A stretch of 64,000 bases of DNA. It comes from Gammaproteobacteria bacterium. GTDB taxonomy: Bacteria > Pseudomonadota > Gammaproteobacteria > JBCCGL01. Below the pieces are notes generated by a model, which was given only the letters and a program-made list of their open reading frames with translations, had not been told where the DNA came from and ran no database searches. Positions 30,538 to 41,097 of the stretch are shown piece by piece (position 1 is the first letter of the stretch; each line of letters opens with the position of its first letter). The stretch is taken from positions 3,296,001 to 3,360,000 of the forward strand of contig OZ255836.1 of the NCBI GenBank assembly GCA_965277715.1. Direction: 5' to 3'. The translations under genes were made by a program, and so were the position numbers.

Positions 30538-31596
30538 TTATTGGTTTTTTTGTTGATCCTGGTCCTGATCCTGATCCTGATCCTGATCCTGATCCAGGGT
30601 ATTATCCTGTTCATGGCTTTGGCTTTGATCCTGCTGTTTGCGCTGGTGGCCTGAGTCCTGATCCTGGTATCGGTCCTGATCCAGTTCATCACTCTGATTC
30701 TGTTGTTGCGCCTGTTGTTGGTACTCACCTTGATCCTGGTCTTGATCCCGCTCTTGCTCTCTCACTTGTTTTTGCCCAGGGTCTTCCTGTTCCCCGTGTT
30801 TGTGCGCTGTCTCCGCTGCTTGCTTTGTCGTGGGTTTGGGGTGTGAATAGCGAATAATATCGATGATTTGTTTTTCCTGGGGATCGACAATCACTATGCC
30901 AGGGCTATAACGCGCCTGGAGGTTGTAGAGTTGGAAATCGCCGGGTTTTTTCCCGCGCTCAGAGAAATAATCATCCAGGCGCTGCTTGAGTGCCCCATTT
31001 TTTTCGCCGAGCTGATCCAGTGTGACCTGATAGCCGGTGATCTTTTCCAGGTTGTCTTTCAGTGGGCGGTAGCGGTGGCTGCGCTCGTGCAGTTCGGGTA
31101 AACCATTGAGCACACTGGTGATGTAACTGCCATAGTTTTCACTGGGAACAGGCACGAGAAAAATCTGTGCCGGGCGGTCTGTCCCAAAGGTGCTTATAGC
31201 CTGTACCGGCTTACCCGCTTCACGCATCTTTTTATCACCCTGTTTAAGTCCGTCATAGGTGACAGGGACAAACTGCCCCTCAAAGAAGGCCAGTGCCTGG
31301 ATGCTTTGTTGATGTGCCGCCCATACACCGTAGCTCAGCGCCAGTGCCTGCATTAACACAATCACAGACATATCGAATTTAAGGTTGGGTTTACCGGGCT
31401 TGTAAAGCACCAGTGTCAGCATTGGCCCCAATACCAGGTCGACGGCTGCGATAATACGCAGACCCTGCCAGCCGCCGTTTATAAAAAATAAATCACCCGG
31501 AAACCAGCGGAATACCAGAAACCAGGCCAATACCAAAAATATAAGAAAACTGATGCCCAGGTGAATGGCGAAAGCCTTGAATTTGGTAATAATCAT
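30538..31596 (-). CDS. TfpZ/FimB-like type IV pilin accessory protein with Gln/Asp-rich tail
   Basis: AFAIHLGIS..GGWQGLRIIAAVDLVLGPMLTLV..PGK..LKFD..QALALSYG signature; low-complexity C-terminus. Confidence 0.75.
   Translation of the reverse strand: MIITKFKAFAIHLGISFLIFLVLAWFLVFRWFPGDLFFINGGWQGLRIIAAVDLVLGPMLTLVLYKPGKPNLKFDMSVIVLMQALALSYGVWAAHQQSIQALAFFEGQFVPVTYDGLKQGDKKMREAGKPVQAISTFGTDRPAQIFLVPVPSENYGSYITSVLNGLPELHERSHRYRPLKDNLEKITGYQVTLDQLGEKNGALKQRLDDYFSERGKKPGDFQLYNLQARYSPGIVIVDPQEKQIIDIIRYSHPKPTTKQAAETAHKHGEQEDPGQKQVREQERDQDQDQGEYQQQAQQQNQSDELDQDRYQDQDSGHQRKQQDQSQSHEQDNTLDQDQDQDQDQDQDQQKNQ
30554..30596 (-). repeat. (CAGGAT)n hexanucleotide microsatellite encoding QD repeats
   Basis: About 7 near-perfect TGATCC units on the + strand. 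Confidence 0.85.
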
Positions 31597-31671
31597 TGTC
31601 TTAGTCGTTGATTAAGGCGTTGTATTGAGGTGTTTGAGCGGGTTATATAATAATGGCCTTTTATCCTGACG

Positions 31672-31692
31672 ATTCAACTGCGGAATTTAGGT
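31672..31692. repeat. Solo right end of the TTA-flanked MITE family
   Basis: ATTCAACTGCGGAATTTAGGT followed by TTA. Confidence 0.75.
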
Positions 31693-31751
31693 TTATTTTT
31701 CAAGTAGCGTGGTATTGCCCATGACGGTTCGGGCTATTACTGCCTTAGCCC

Positions 31752-32657
31752 TTACTGTCTGAGCAATCGTTCCAGCAAGGCTTTTTGTGCATGCAACCGG
31801 TTCCCCGCTTCTTCCCATACAACGCTTTGTGGCCCGTCGATAACCTCGGCGGCGACTTCTTCACCCCGGTGTGCCGGCAGGCAGTGCATAAACAGGGCGT
31901 CTGGCTTGCCGAGCGCCAGTAATTCACGGGTTACCTGAAAACCGGCAAAGGCGGCGTTGCGCGTGGGTGATTCATTCTCCTGGCCCATGCTGGCCCATAC
32001 GTCCGTGGTGATAAGATCTGCACCTTCGCAGGCGGCGCGTGGATCATCGGTCAGTGTGGTGTTGCTGGCACATTGCTGCAGTATCTGTGGGTCAGGTTGG
32101 TATTCTTTGGGGCAGGCTACCCGCAGTTGAAAGTCGAGCAGGTGGGCGGTTTGCATATAGGAGTGGCACATATTGTGGCCATCGCCGATCCAGGCGACGG
32201 TTTTACCGGCGATGTCACCACGCCGCTCAAACCAGGTTTGCATATCGGCGAGTAGCTGGCAGGGGTGCAGGCGGTCAGACAGGCCGTTGATCACCGGCAC
32301 ACTGGATGCCCCGGCAAAGGCCTGAACAATATCGTGACCGGCGGTGCGGATCATTACACCGTCAACCATCTGTGATAGCACTTTTGCGGTGTCCTGAATC
32401 GGCTCACCACGGCCAAGCTGGGTATCGTGTGGCGATAAAAATAACGCGTGACCGCCAAGCTGAGCCATACCTGTCTCAAATGATACGCGGGTGCGGGTAG
32501 AGGATTTTTCAAAAATCATCGCCAGTATTTTGCCCTGCAATGATAAGTGCGGTGTGCCGCTGCGTTGTAGGGTTTTTAACTCGCTGGCCCGCGCCAGTAG
32601 GCCGCGAAATTCATCTGCGCTGAGGTCCAGCTCGCTTAGGTAGTGTCGAAGGGTCAC
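31752..32657 (-). CDS. argF: Ornithine carbamoyltransferase
   Basis: [29 protein letters not shown]. Confidence 0.97.
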   Translation of the reverse strand: MTLRHYLSELDLSADEFRGLLARASELKTLQRSGTPHLSLQGKILAMIFEKSSTRTRVSFETGMAQLGGHALFLSPHDTQLGRGEPIQDTAKVLSQMVDGVMIRTAGHDIVQAFAGASSVPVINGLSDRLHPCQLLADMQTWFERRGDIAGKTVAWIGDGHNMCHSYMQTAHLLDFQLRVACPKEYQPDPQILQQCASNTTLTDDPRAACEGADLITTDVWASMGQENESPTRNAAFAGFQVTRELLALGKPDALFMHCLPAHRGEEVAAEVIDGPQSVVWEEAGNRLHAQKALLERLLRQ

Positions 32658-32671
32658 TGTCGGGTGGCGTG

Positions 32672-33844
32672 TTATTCAGATAAAAAGCCACGCACCAGCG
32701 CGGCAATACGCGACACGATTTCATCGGCCTGTGCGTCACTGATAATATAGGCAGGCAGCAGGCGGATGACCGAGCCTTGGGTAACATTGATTAACAAACC
32801 AACCTCAAGTGCGCGTTTAACCAGTGCGGAACAGTCGCGGTCGAGCTGAATGCCAAACATTAAACCCCGACCACGGATATCGACAACGCCCTGCTGCCCT
32901 GCCAGTGCGCTTTTAAACCCATTGAGCATCTGCTCACCGAGTGTTGCCGTGCGGGCTAATAAACCGTCTGCGTCGATGGTGTCGATAACCGCCGAACCGA
33001 CGTGGCAGGCCAGCGGGTTGCCCCCAAATGTGGAGCCGTGATTGCCGGGCTGAATGAGTTCTGCCGCCTTGCCGTGTGCCAGGCAGGCGCCAATCGGAAA
33101 GCCGTTGCCGAGTGCTTTGGCGACACTGATAACGTCGGGCTGGCTGTTGCTGTGTTGAAAGGCAAACCACTCGCCGGTACGGCCCATACCCGACTGTATC
33201 TCGTCGAGCAGTAACAAGTAGTTGTTGGCATCACAGAGGCTGCGTACCTTGTCGATGTAGTCATCATCGGGCACTACAATGCCGCCTTCACCCAGAATTG
33301 GTTCAAGCATTACCGCCACCACGTGTGGGTTGTTCTCGGCAACGGCGCGCAGTGAGTCGATGTCGTTGTAAGGGATGCGCACAAAGCCCTGCACCAGGGG
33401 TTCAAATCCCGCCTGTACTTTGCGGTTGCCGGTGGCGGATAGGGTCGCCATTGTACGGCCGTGAAAGCTGTGTTCCATCACCACAATGCAGGGCGTTTCT
33501 ATTCCCCGGCTGCGCGCATGCAGCCGGGCAATTTTGATCATTGCCTCGTTGGCTTCTGCGCCTGAGTTACCGAAAAAGACTTTGTCCATGCCACTGATGG
33601 CACAGAGCCTGTCACCCAGGGCTGATTGGCTGGCGATATGGTAAATGTTGGAGGTGTGAATTAATTTGCCGGCCTGCGCGTTAATCGCCGCTATAACAGC
33701 GGGGTGCGCATGGCCGAGGGCGTTAACGGCGATGCCGCCCAGTGCATCCAGGTATTCGTTACCGTCGGTATCCCAGAGGCGTGCGCCCTCGCCACGATCC
33801 ATTGTGACAGGCAGTCTGTTATACGCGTTGATAAGTGATGACAT
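32672..33844 (-). CDS. argD: Acetylornithine aminotransferase
   Basis: [36 protein letters not shown]; upstream of argF. Confidence 0.95.
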   Translation of the reverse strand: MSSLINAYNRLPVTMDRGEGARLWDTDGNEYLDALGGIAVNALGHAHPAVIAAINAQAGKLIHTSNIYHIASQSALGDRLCAISGMDKVFFGNSGAEANEAMIKIARLHARSRGIETPCIVVMEHSFHGRTMATLSATGNRKVQAGFEPLVQGFVRIPYNDIDSLRAVAENNPHVVAVMLEPILGEGGIVVPDDDYIDKVRSLCDANNYLLLLDEIQSGMGRTGEWFAFQHSNSQPDVISVAKALGNGFPIGACLAHGKAAELIQPGNHGSTFGGNPLACHVGSAVIDTIDADGLLARTATLGEQMLNGFKSALAGQQGVVDIRGRGLMFGIQLDRDCSALVKRALEVGLLINVTQGSVIRLLPAYIISDAQADEIVSRIAALVRGFLSE

Positions 33845-33962
33845 GGGTATTCCATAAACTAAAAGCGGCAGCCGTTATAGCTGCCGCAAAAGTAGAAATT
33901 ATAATGATCTGTTTTCAAAATGCGAGCGTGTTACCGGGTCTTGTAACAAAAAATGCGGTTTA

Positions 33963-34040
33963 ACCTAAATTCCGCAGTTGAATCTACTGCGAGCACCTAA
34001 TGCACAGAATCCAAAGCGCTTTTACCAGCATTTCAGCTTC
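33963..34040. mobile_element. Truncated copy (left about 78 bp) of the TTA-flanked MITE
   Basis: ACCTAAATTCCGCAGTTGAATCTACTGCGAGCACC...CATTTCAGCTTC aligns with 14958-15035; preceded by TTA. Confidence 0.85.
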
Positions 34041-34056
34041 CTGAGCATATCTGAAA

Positions 34057-34917
34057 CTACCCCAGAAACCGCATTAGTATTATGCCAATGACGACAATAC
34101 CAGCGGCGAGCAAGCGTTGTCGGCCAAACGGTTCTTTCAGTATCAGTGTGCCGATAAGGGTGGCGAAGATAACGCTGGTTTCACGCAGTGACGAAACGAT
34201 GGCCATCGCCCCCAGGCTCATGGCGAAAATAACCAACCCATAGGCAATTGTGTTGGCGATACCGCCCATAACAATTTGTTTTGGGTTGTCCCGCATATAC
34301 GCACACCATTCGCGCCGTTGTGTGAAATATAAAAAACTGACAACAGGTATCGATTCGAGGGCGAATAGCCAAAAAATATAGCTCATGGGGGTTGTCGTGG
34401 CACGCACACCGAGACCATCGACAAGGGTGTACAGCGCTATGCATACGGAGGTGATGAGCCCCCAACGTAGCGCGGGCCGCGAGAGCCGTGCATGTTCTTT
34501 TGTTGGAAATGCCAGGTTTATGAGGCTGGGGCTCATAATGCCGAGGCTGATCACACCCACGCCAATCATACCGCCAATGGATAGATATTCGCCGGCGAAT
34601 ATGGCGGCTGCAATCGTAACCAGTACTGGTGCCAGCCCGCGAAACAGTGGGTAAACCTGAGAGAGATCACCGCTTTGATAGGCGCGTGCCAATGAGAAGT
34701 AATACAGCGTGTGAATGAAGACTGAGGCGATAAGCATTGGCCAACTGGCGGCAGTCGGCAGGTCGGTAAACGGCAGAAGTGCAACACACAGTAAACTGCT
34801 CACCAACTGATAGGCGGCGATATTAAATAAGGGGTTGGCACTGGATTTCGCCATGGCGTTCCAGGCGGCGTGCAGTAGCGCAGCACTGAGCGCCAGTGTC
34901 ACAATAAGGGGGGTCAT
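34057..34917 (-). CDS. DMT/EamA family transporter
   Basis: HAAWN, GDLSQVYP..RG, SSLRETSVIF. Confidence 0.9.
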   Translation of the reverse strand: MTPLIVTLALSAALLHAAWNAMAKSSANPLFNIAAYQLVSSLLCVALLPFTDLPTAASWPMLIASVFIHTLYYFSLARAYQSGDLSQVYPLFRGLAPVLVTIAAAIFAGEYLSIGGMIGVGVISLGIMSPSLINLAFPTKEHARLSRPALRWGLITSVCIALYTLVDGLGVRATTTPMSYIFWLFALESIPVVSFLYFTQRREWCAYMRDNPKQIVMGGIANTIAYGLVIFAMSLGAMAIVSSLRETSVIFATLIGTLILKEPFGRQRLLAAGIVVIGIILMRFLG

Positions 34918-35061
34918 GGTATTTTATCGGCGTGTGTTTTTAGCCCATTCTAATGCGGCACCTCTTGTATAAACAACCCACAGTATGTACAACACACATT
35001 CGTGTTTATTTGTGTGTCAGTTAGTAATGGAGCTTAGGACGGATGCGGTGATATGGAGGGT

Positions 35062-36498
35062 TTATAAGGCGTTTGAGCGCAGTACCATCATTTTCTCTAT
35101 TTGCATGTCGTCAAATGTATAGGGGATGCCACCAACACCCAGCCCGGAGTGTTTTAGCCCGGCGAAGGGCATCCAGTCGACACGGTAGGCGGTGTGTTCG
35201 TTGACCATTACCGCCGAGGCGTCGAGCTGGGTGTAGCAGTGCATGGCGGTGTCAATGCTGCGGGTGAGTACTGAGGCCTGGAATGCTACGTCGAGGCTGT
35301 TGGCGCTGGCGATGGCCTGGTCGATGTTGTCGTAGGGGTAGACGCACATCACCGGGCCGAAGATTTCCTGGCAGCTCACTTTGCTATTGGCCGAGGGCTC
35401 GTATAAAACGGTGCTGTGGTAGCTGGTCGCTGAGTTAAGTTCGCCACCGATGATGCATTCGGCTCCCTGGTCGATGGCTTCCTGCACCCACTGATGCACC
35501 CGGTCGACTTCACGTGGCCGGATTAATGGGCCGATGGCGGTGGTATCGAGTGTCGGGTCGCCGATGGGCATGTGTGTGGTGGCCTCGGCGAGGGCGGCGG
35601 CGACATCACGGGCAATGCTGTGGTGGGCAAATACGCGCTGTACGGATACGCAAACCTGTCCCGCGTGGTAAAAACCCCCTTTGGCGATCAGCGGCAGGGT
35701 GTCCTGTAAATCGGCATCTTCGGCGATGATAACCGGTGCGACACCACCGTGTTCCAGCGCGCAGCGTGTACCGGCAGCCAATTTTGAGCGCAACATCCAA
35801 CCCACCTGGGCGCTGCCTATAAAGGAAAAAAAGGCGATGCGCGGGTCGGTGACCAGTTGTGAGGTAACCCCGAGATCGGCGCTCATCACCGCCTGGCAAT
35901 GGGTTTCTGGTAGCCCGGCTTCACGCAGAATCTGTACAAAGCGAAAGCACGAGAGCGGGGTGTCTGCGGCGGGCTTTACAATTACCGGGCAGCCCGTGGC
36001 AATTGCCGGTGCCACCTGGTGCACAATCAGGTTAAGTGGGTGGTTGAAGGCGCTTACCGCCATCACCACGCCAATGGGTTCACGGCGGGTAAACGCCAGC
36101 CGTTTGGCCGAGGCGGCATTCAGGTTCATCGGTATTTCACGGCCACTCCCGGTGCGTAGACAATCCGCTGCATTGCGGACACCATCGATAGCACGGGTGA
36201 CCTCGACGCGTGAATCCAACAGTGGCTTGCCGCCCTCGCTCGCCGCCTCCAGTGCCAGTTGGTCGAATCGCTGGTGCATGATCGTCGCGGTTTTTTCGAG
36301 AATGGTGATGCGTTGTTCAGGCGTCAACCAACGCTTTTTGTCACGGAAAACCGCATAGGCTGTCTGTAGTGCCTGTTCCGCCCCTTTGGCGTCGATTTCA
36401 GGGACAGCACCAATATCGGATAAGTCCCACGGTGAGGAAACGCGCCGTTCGCCGACAGAAACGGCACCAGGTACCATTAAATCAAATACTATACTCAT
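35062..36498 (-). CDS. Aldehyde dehydrogenase family protein
   Basis: AFNHP, VKPA, LEHGG, GQVCVS, EIFGPV. Confidence 0.93.
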   Translation of the reverse strand: MSIVFDLMVPGAVSVGERRVSSPWDLSDIGAVPEIDAKGAEQALQTAYAVFRDKKRWLTPEQRITILEKTATIMHQRFDQLALEAASEGGKPLLDSRVEVTRAIDGVRNAADCLRTGSGREIPMNLNAASAKRLAFTRREPIGVVMAVSAFNHPLNLIVHQVAPAIATGCPVIVKPAADTPLSCFRFVQILREAGLPETHCQAVMSADLGVTSQLVTDPRIAFFSFIGSAQVGWMLRSKLAAGTRCALEHGGVAPVIIAEDADLQDTLPLIAKGGFYHAGQVCVSVQRVFAHHSIARDVAAALAEATTHMPIGDPTLDTTAIGPLIRPREVDRVHQWVQEAIDQGAECIIGGELNSATSYHSTVLYEPSANSKVSCQEIFGPVMCVYPYDNIDQAIASANSLDVAFQASVLTRSIDTAMHCYTQLDASAVMVNEHTAYRVDWMPFAGLKHSGLGVGGIPYTFDDMQIEKMMVLRSNAL

Positions 36499-36568
36499 AA
36501 AATAATCCGCAATGGAGCAGTCCTGAATCCGACAGGCTTCTAGACAGCCTGGGCCGGGACGGCGTTAT

Positions 36569-38203
36569 TTATATCGGGCAAACCAGGTGGCCGAGTTTAT
36601 CGGTCAGTTTCATATTTTCGGAATAATCAACCGGGCAATCGATCAAGACTACTGTGTTATCGGCGATGGCCTGTTTCAGGGTGGGTAGCAGGTCGTTGGC
36701 GCGCTCTATACGGTAACCTTTGGCGCCGAAACTCTCGGCGTATTTAACCAGATCCGGGTTGTTGAAATCGATTTGCGTGTCGCGGCCAAAGCGCCTGTCC
36801 TGGTGCCATTTTATCAGGCCGTACTTGCTGTCGTTCCAGACCAGAATGACGATGGCAACACCAATGCGCAGCGCGGTTTCGATTTCCTGTGAGTTCATTA
36901 AAAAGCCCGCATCACCGGTCACGGTTAAGGCGGTACGGTCTGGGTGGGCGAGCTTGGCGGCAATGGCGCCGGGCAGGCCAATACCCATGGAGGCGAAGCC
37001 ATTGGAGATAATGCAGGTATTGGGGCGCTCTGCCTGGTACATGCGCGCCATCCACATTTTGTGCGCACCCACATCGGAGACGACAATATCATCGGCTGCC
37101 AGCGCTTCGCGCAGATCGAGGATAATGCGCTGCGGTAACATGGGGAATGCATCGTTATCGGCTTGGGCATTGAGCTCTTCGACAATCGTTTCACGTAGGT
37201 TTTGCGCCTGTGATCCGGGCTTTGGTGTCGCGGTCGCGGCAATGCCGCCAAGTGCGGCATTGATATCACCGATAACGCCACACGCCAGAATATAGTGTTC
37301 GTCAACTTCCGCCGGGCTCATGTCGACGTGAATGATTTTGGCGTGTTTGGATTTATTCCACAGGTGCGGGTGGTACTCGATCATATCGTAGCCGACACAA
37401 ATCACCACATCGGCGCGATCAAAGCCACAGGCGACATAATCGTGTGCCTGCAGGCCGACCGTACCCAGGGATAAATCGTGGGAAAAGGGTATGCTGCCCT
37501 TGGCCATAAATGTGGTGGCAACAGGGATATTCAGTGTCTCGGCAAAGCTGACCAGTGCCTGGTTGGCATTGGCGCGCACCACGCCATTACCCGCCATGAC
37601 TAATGGGTATTTGGCATTAGAGATAATCTCTGCCGCCTGGGTGATTTTCTCCTGCGGTGGCACGGGGGGTTTGGGGCTTTGCACTTTGAGGGGGTGTTTA
37701 CCCTCGACCGGCATGGCGGCGACGTTTTCTGGAAAATCGATAAAGCTGCCACCGGGTTTTTCTGCCTCAGCCGCTTTAAAGGCTTTGCGCACGATTTCAG
37801 CGACAATCTCCGGCTCGCGGATTTGTACGCTGTACTTTGAAATGGGGGCAAACAGGTTAACCAGATCGAGTACCTGGTGGCTTTCTTTGTGCAGGCGGGT
37901 TGTGGAGCCTTGACCGGCAATGCCGATAATGGGTGCGCGGTCCATATTGGCATCGGCAAAGCCGGTGACCAGATTGGTTGCACCTGGCCCCAGTGTGGCG
38001 AGGCAAACGCCCGCCTTCCCGGTTAAACGCCCGTAGACATCGGCCATAAAGGCGGCGCCCTGTTCGTGCCGTGTAGTGATGAATTTAATATTACTGCCGA
38101 TCATGGAGTCCATGACATCGAGGTTTTCTTCACCGGGGATACCAAAGATATATTCCACCCCTTCATTTTCCAGACAGCGGACAAACAGATCACTTGCTTT
38201 CAT
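36569..38203 (-). CDS. Acetolactate synthase large subunit-like ThDP enzyme
   Basis: FGIPGEEN, RHEQGAAFMA, GPGATN, GDAGFLM..WND ThDP motif; no small subunit adjacent. Confidence 0.9.
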   Translation of the reverse strand: MKASDLFVRCLENEGVEYIFGIPGEENLDVMDSMIGSNIKFITTRHEQGAAFMADVYGRLTGKAGVCLATLGPGATNLVTGFADANMDRAPIIGIAGQGSTTRLHKESHQVLDLVNLFAPISKYSVQIREPEIVAEIVRKAFKAAEAEKPGGSFIDFPENVAAMPVEGKHPLKVQSPKPPVPPQEKITQAAEIISNAKYPLVMAGNGVVRANANQALVSFAETLNIPVATTFMAKGSIPFSHDLSLGTVGLQAHDYVACGFDRADVVICVGYDMIEYHPHLWNKSKHAKIIHVDMSPAEVDEHYILACGVIGDINAALGGIAATATPKPGSQAQNLRETIVEELNAQADNDAFPMLPQRIILDLREALAADDIVVSDVGAHKMWMARMYQAERPNTCIISNGFASMGIGLPGAIAAKLAHPDRTALTVTGDAGFLMNSQEIETALRIGVAIVILVWNDSKYGLIKWHQDRRFGRDTQIDFNNPDLVKYAESFGAKGYRIERANDLLPTLKQAIADNTVVLIDCPVDYSENMKLTDKLGHLVCPI

Positions 38204-38283
38204 ATTTTTTTCTCTGGGTATTATTAATATTTTAAATTCTGTACTAAGAGTTTATAGGGCCAAAAAAAGTTCATGCGGGCAGG

Positions 38284-39435
38284 CTAACGCACCAATAAAT
38301 CCAGTGGTTGACGGCTCAATAATTCACAGCCGCTATCGGTAACGCGCACGCTGTGGCCCAAGGTCATGGCGTTACCGGAATGGCTGTTGACAAAAATCAT
38401 ATGCAGGAAGAACACCATATCAGCTTGCGCGATAACCGGGTTACCGGTGTAAAACATTGGCCAGTCCATCCAGGTTGGGGTAAAGGTGGTGCCCATGCTG
38501 TAACCACAGGCGTTCATACGGTGTTCGCGCAGGTTATTGGCATCGGCCACGCGTGCGTGCGCATCGAATACATTGCCGATAGGGTCACCGGGTTTGAGTG
38601 AGGCAGTACAGGCGTGCATAGCCTCGACGGCGACCTTGTGCATATGCTGATGTTCCTGATTGGCCGCGCCGATAATGACGGTGCGCATCATTGCTGCGTG
38701 GTAATGCCGGTAGGCACCTGCCCATTCCAGTGTGAGTTGGTCTTGCGCGTCGAGTGTGCGTCTGCCGCTCTTGTAACGGCACAGCAGTGCATCCGGCCCG
38801 GAGCCGATGATGTATTCATTGCCCGAGTAATCACCACCGCCGGAAAAGACAGCACTGTGCATATCGGCGAGAATCCGGCCCTCATCGGCACCGGCACCGC
38901 TGATTGCCAGTGCGGCATCGAGTGCGTCATCGGCCAGCTCGGCGGCGCGCCGTGTGTAGGCAATTTCGCTGGGGGACTTTATCAGGCGTAATTCACTGAC
39001 CAGCATCGAGGCGTCTTCCAGCGTGCAAAAGCCATTGAGCGCTGCGTCAACTTTTTTGCCGTTGGCGGCGGTTAGCCCATAGGCCTCGTACTCGATACCG
39101 AGCTTTTGCCCTTTGCAGGCGAAATCTGTCAGCATATCGCGCAGTTGGGCGGCGGGGTTGTGCCCGGCTTTATCAACCCAAACACGAATATCCTGAATAT
39201 CTGAGGTGTGTTGTGCCTGGCGTAAATCCGGGGCGCGTGTCAGCAAGGCAAAGCGGCCGTCTGCACCCAGGTAGAGGCATTGAAAAAAACAGTAACCGAA
39301 CGTGTCATAACCGGTTAAGTAGTACATGCTTTCCTGGCGGAATATTAATAGCCCATCAAGCCCGGCCTGCTGGAGTTTTTTGCACGTATTGTCGCGGCGG
39401 GATTGTAGTTCTTCTTCGCTAAAATGGATGGCCAT
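38284..39435 (-). CDS. M24 (Xaa-Pro peptidase/creatinase) family hydrolase
   Basis: YYLTGYD, RLIKSPSEI, YHAAMMRT; resembles ectoine hydrolase-type members. Confidence 0.85.
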   Translation of the reverse strand: MAIHFSEEELQSRRDNTCKKLQQAGLDGLLIFRQESMYYLTGYDTFGYCFFQCLYLGADGRFALLTRAPDLRQAQHTSDIQDIRVWVDKAGHNPAAQLRDMLTDFACKGQKLGIEYEAYGLTAANGKKVDAALNGFCTLEDASMLVSELRLIKSPSEIAYTRRAAELADDALDAALAISGAGADEGRILADMHSAVFSGGGDYSGNEYIIGSGPDALLCRYKSGRRTLDAQDQLTLEWAGAYRHYHAAMMRTVIIGAANQEHQHMHKVAVEAMHACTASLKPGDPIGNVFDAHARVADANNLREHRMNACGYSMGTTFTPTWMDWPMFYTGNPVIAQADMVFFLHMIFVNSHSGNAMTLGHSVRVTDSGCELLSRQPLDLLVR

Positions 39436-39558
39436 AGTGTCCTCATACTTTTGGAGGTGGATTGAGGCATCAATTCGGCTGAATTGAATGTGGTCGGGAT
39501 GGTATCACGCTCAAACACCCTCAACCCCCTCTTTGTGAAAGAGGGGGTGTTCACTTTC

Positions 39559-40431
39559 TTATGGTATTGGCAAAACCTTTCCAGCGTGCGTTGTATCGAT
39601 TCGCTCGCGCAAAAAACTGGCAAATCTGGGTAGGCCATTACGTGTGAGTCCATAGTATTTGTAAGTGATTATCGCGCCAACCCTGGGCGGGTTTTCACGT
39701 TGTTTATCTGTAAATCCGCTGCCGATACGAAAGTGTTTGCCGGTGGCAGTCTGCACAAGCAGCGCCCCCAATCGACCGGTATGTTTACCTTTACCCGGCA
39801 GGTGGGCAATCACCCTGGCCTCGGCATCCCGGTAGCGTTTTAGTTTAAACAATGCATCGCTGCGGCCTGTGTGATAGTGGGCATTCTGGTGGTGAAGCAT
39901 CAAGCCTTCACCGCCGTTGTCTACCAGTGTATCCAGTACCGCCATTAACGCCTTGTGACTGTCTACCCGAAACTGCTTTACTGCACGTAAATGCGGGTTA
40001 TTGGCCACCTCGACGATATGATTAATTTTTTTAATGCGATCAGAAAAATTCCCCACAGCCCCCGGCAGTTCAAATACATAATAATTAACGAACCGCCATT
40101 CATCTTCGATAGGTGCACGTTTTTTAACGGTGCTGACAGTGCGCTCGAAACTGTTTCTGTCGATCCATAATTCGCCATCGAGTGGTGTGTTGGGGAAATT
40201 CCGGGTAAACCAATCCGGTGGGTAAAAGCGGTTGCCCTGTCTGGATACCAGGAATGTCCCGTTCCAATAGGCACGCACCCCGTCGAGTTTTTCGCTCACC
40301 CAGTAATCCTGTGCATTGACACCGGGGTGAAATTTTTTAGCGTGTATCAGTTCTGGGGCCGTGTTGGCCAGTGCTGTACCCAACAGCAGGGCATTGAATA
40401 GCACAGCGATGAGGCAATCAATCCTTTTCAT
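39559..40431 (-). CDS. Minimal ATP-dependent DNA ligase with signal peptide (Lig E type)
   Basis: SEKLDGVRA motif I, LDGELW, GEGLML, KLK, OB-fold IGSGFTD..PRFASF; hydrophobic N-terminus. Confidence 0.92.
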   Translation of the reverse strand: MKRIDCLIAVLFNALLLGTALANTAPELIHAKKFHPGVNAQDYWVSEKLDGVRAYWNGTFLVSRQGNRFYPPDWFTRNFPNTPLDGELWIDRNSFERTVSTVKKRAPIEDEWRFVNYYVFELPGAVGNFSDRIKKINHIVEVANNPHLRAVKQFRVDSHKALMAVLDTLVDNGGEGLMLHHQNAHYHTGRSDALFKLKRYRDAEARVIAHLPGKGKHTGRLGALLVQTATGKHFRIGSGFTDKQRENPPRVGAIITYKYYGLTRNGLPRFASFLRERIDTTHAGKVLPIP

Positions 40432-40553
40432 AGTGCGTCCTTTGGTTCGGTTGCGTTGTGATAGACACACCATAATGCCATAGAACAATGAAAAATCCGA
40501 ATTGTTGGCTACACTCAAGAGACACTTTGTTCCGGTTGGCAAGGGGAAAGCCT

Positions 40554-41090
40554 GTGAAAGGTATTGTGTTTACATTACTTAATGAAATGGTCGAAGAACA
40601 GTTTGGGCTTGAAGCGTGGGATCAATTAATTACCCAGTCGGGATCAGACGGTCTGTATATATCAACTGAGACGTATACCGATGAAGAACTGATGCGTTTG
40701 GTGGCGACAGCCAGTGAGATGACGGGTATCGCCGTAAATGACCTTGTCCGGGCATTTGGCGCGTATATGTTTCCTCATTTTTACGCGAAATACCCGGTTT
40801 TTTTTAAACCCGATATGACGTTAAAATCTTTTCTATTAACCGTCGATAGGGTTATTCATGTCGAAGTGCGAAAACTGTACCCGGACGCTGGGCTGCCCAA
40901 TTTTGACTATAAGGATGAGAACGATAACGAGTTGACGATGATCTACAGCTCACCGAGGAAGCTGTGTGCGTTGGCGGAAGGGTTGATTGCCGGAGCGGCC
41001 AAGCACTTTGGCACGCAATACACAATGGAACACACGGTTTGTATGCACAAGGGTGATGATTGTTGCCATTTGAAAATGACTCTGGGGTAA
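40554..41090 (+). CDS. H-NOX heme NO-binding protein, copy 1
   Basis: MKGIVF..W, IHVEVRKLYP proximal His, YSSPR (YxSxR) motif; GTG start. Confidence 0.92.
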   Translation: MKGIVFTLLNEMVEEQFGLEAWDQLITQSGSDGLYISTETYTDEELMRLVATASEMTGIAVNDLVRAFGAYMFPHFYAKYPVFFKPDMTLKSFLLTVDRVIHVEVRKLYPDAGLPNFDYKDENDNELTMIYSSPRKLCALAEGLIAGAAKHFGTQYTMEHTVCMHKGDDCCHLKMTLG

Positions 41091-41097
41091 GTGAACG

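Noticed and set aside
30453-30728. ORF with IRIRIR repeats
   Set aside because: Alternative frame of the QD microsatellite inside the TfpZ-like gene
39522-39550. GC-rich hairpin CCCCTCTTT-GTG-AAAGAGGGG downstream of the ligase
   Set aside because: Could be a terminator or a small repeat, but there is no clear U tract and no second good copy to support a call
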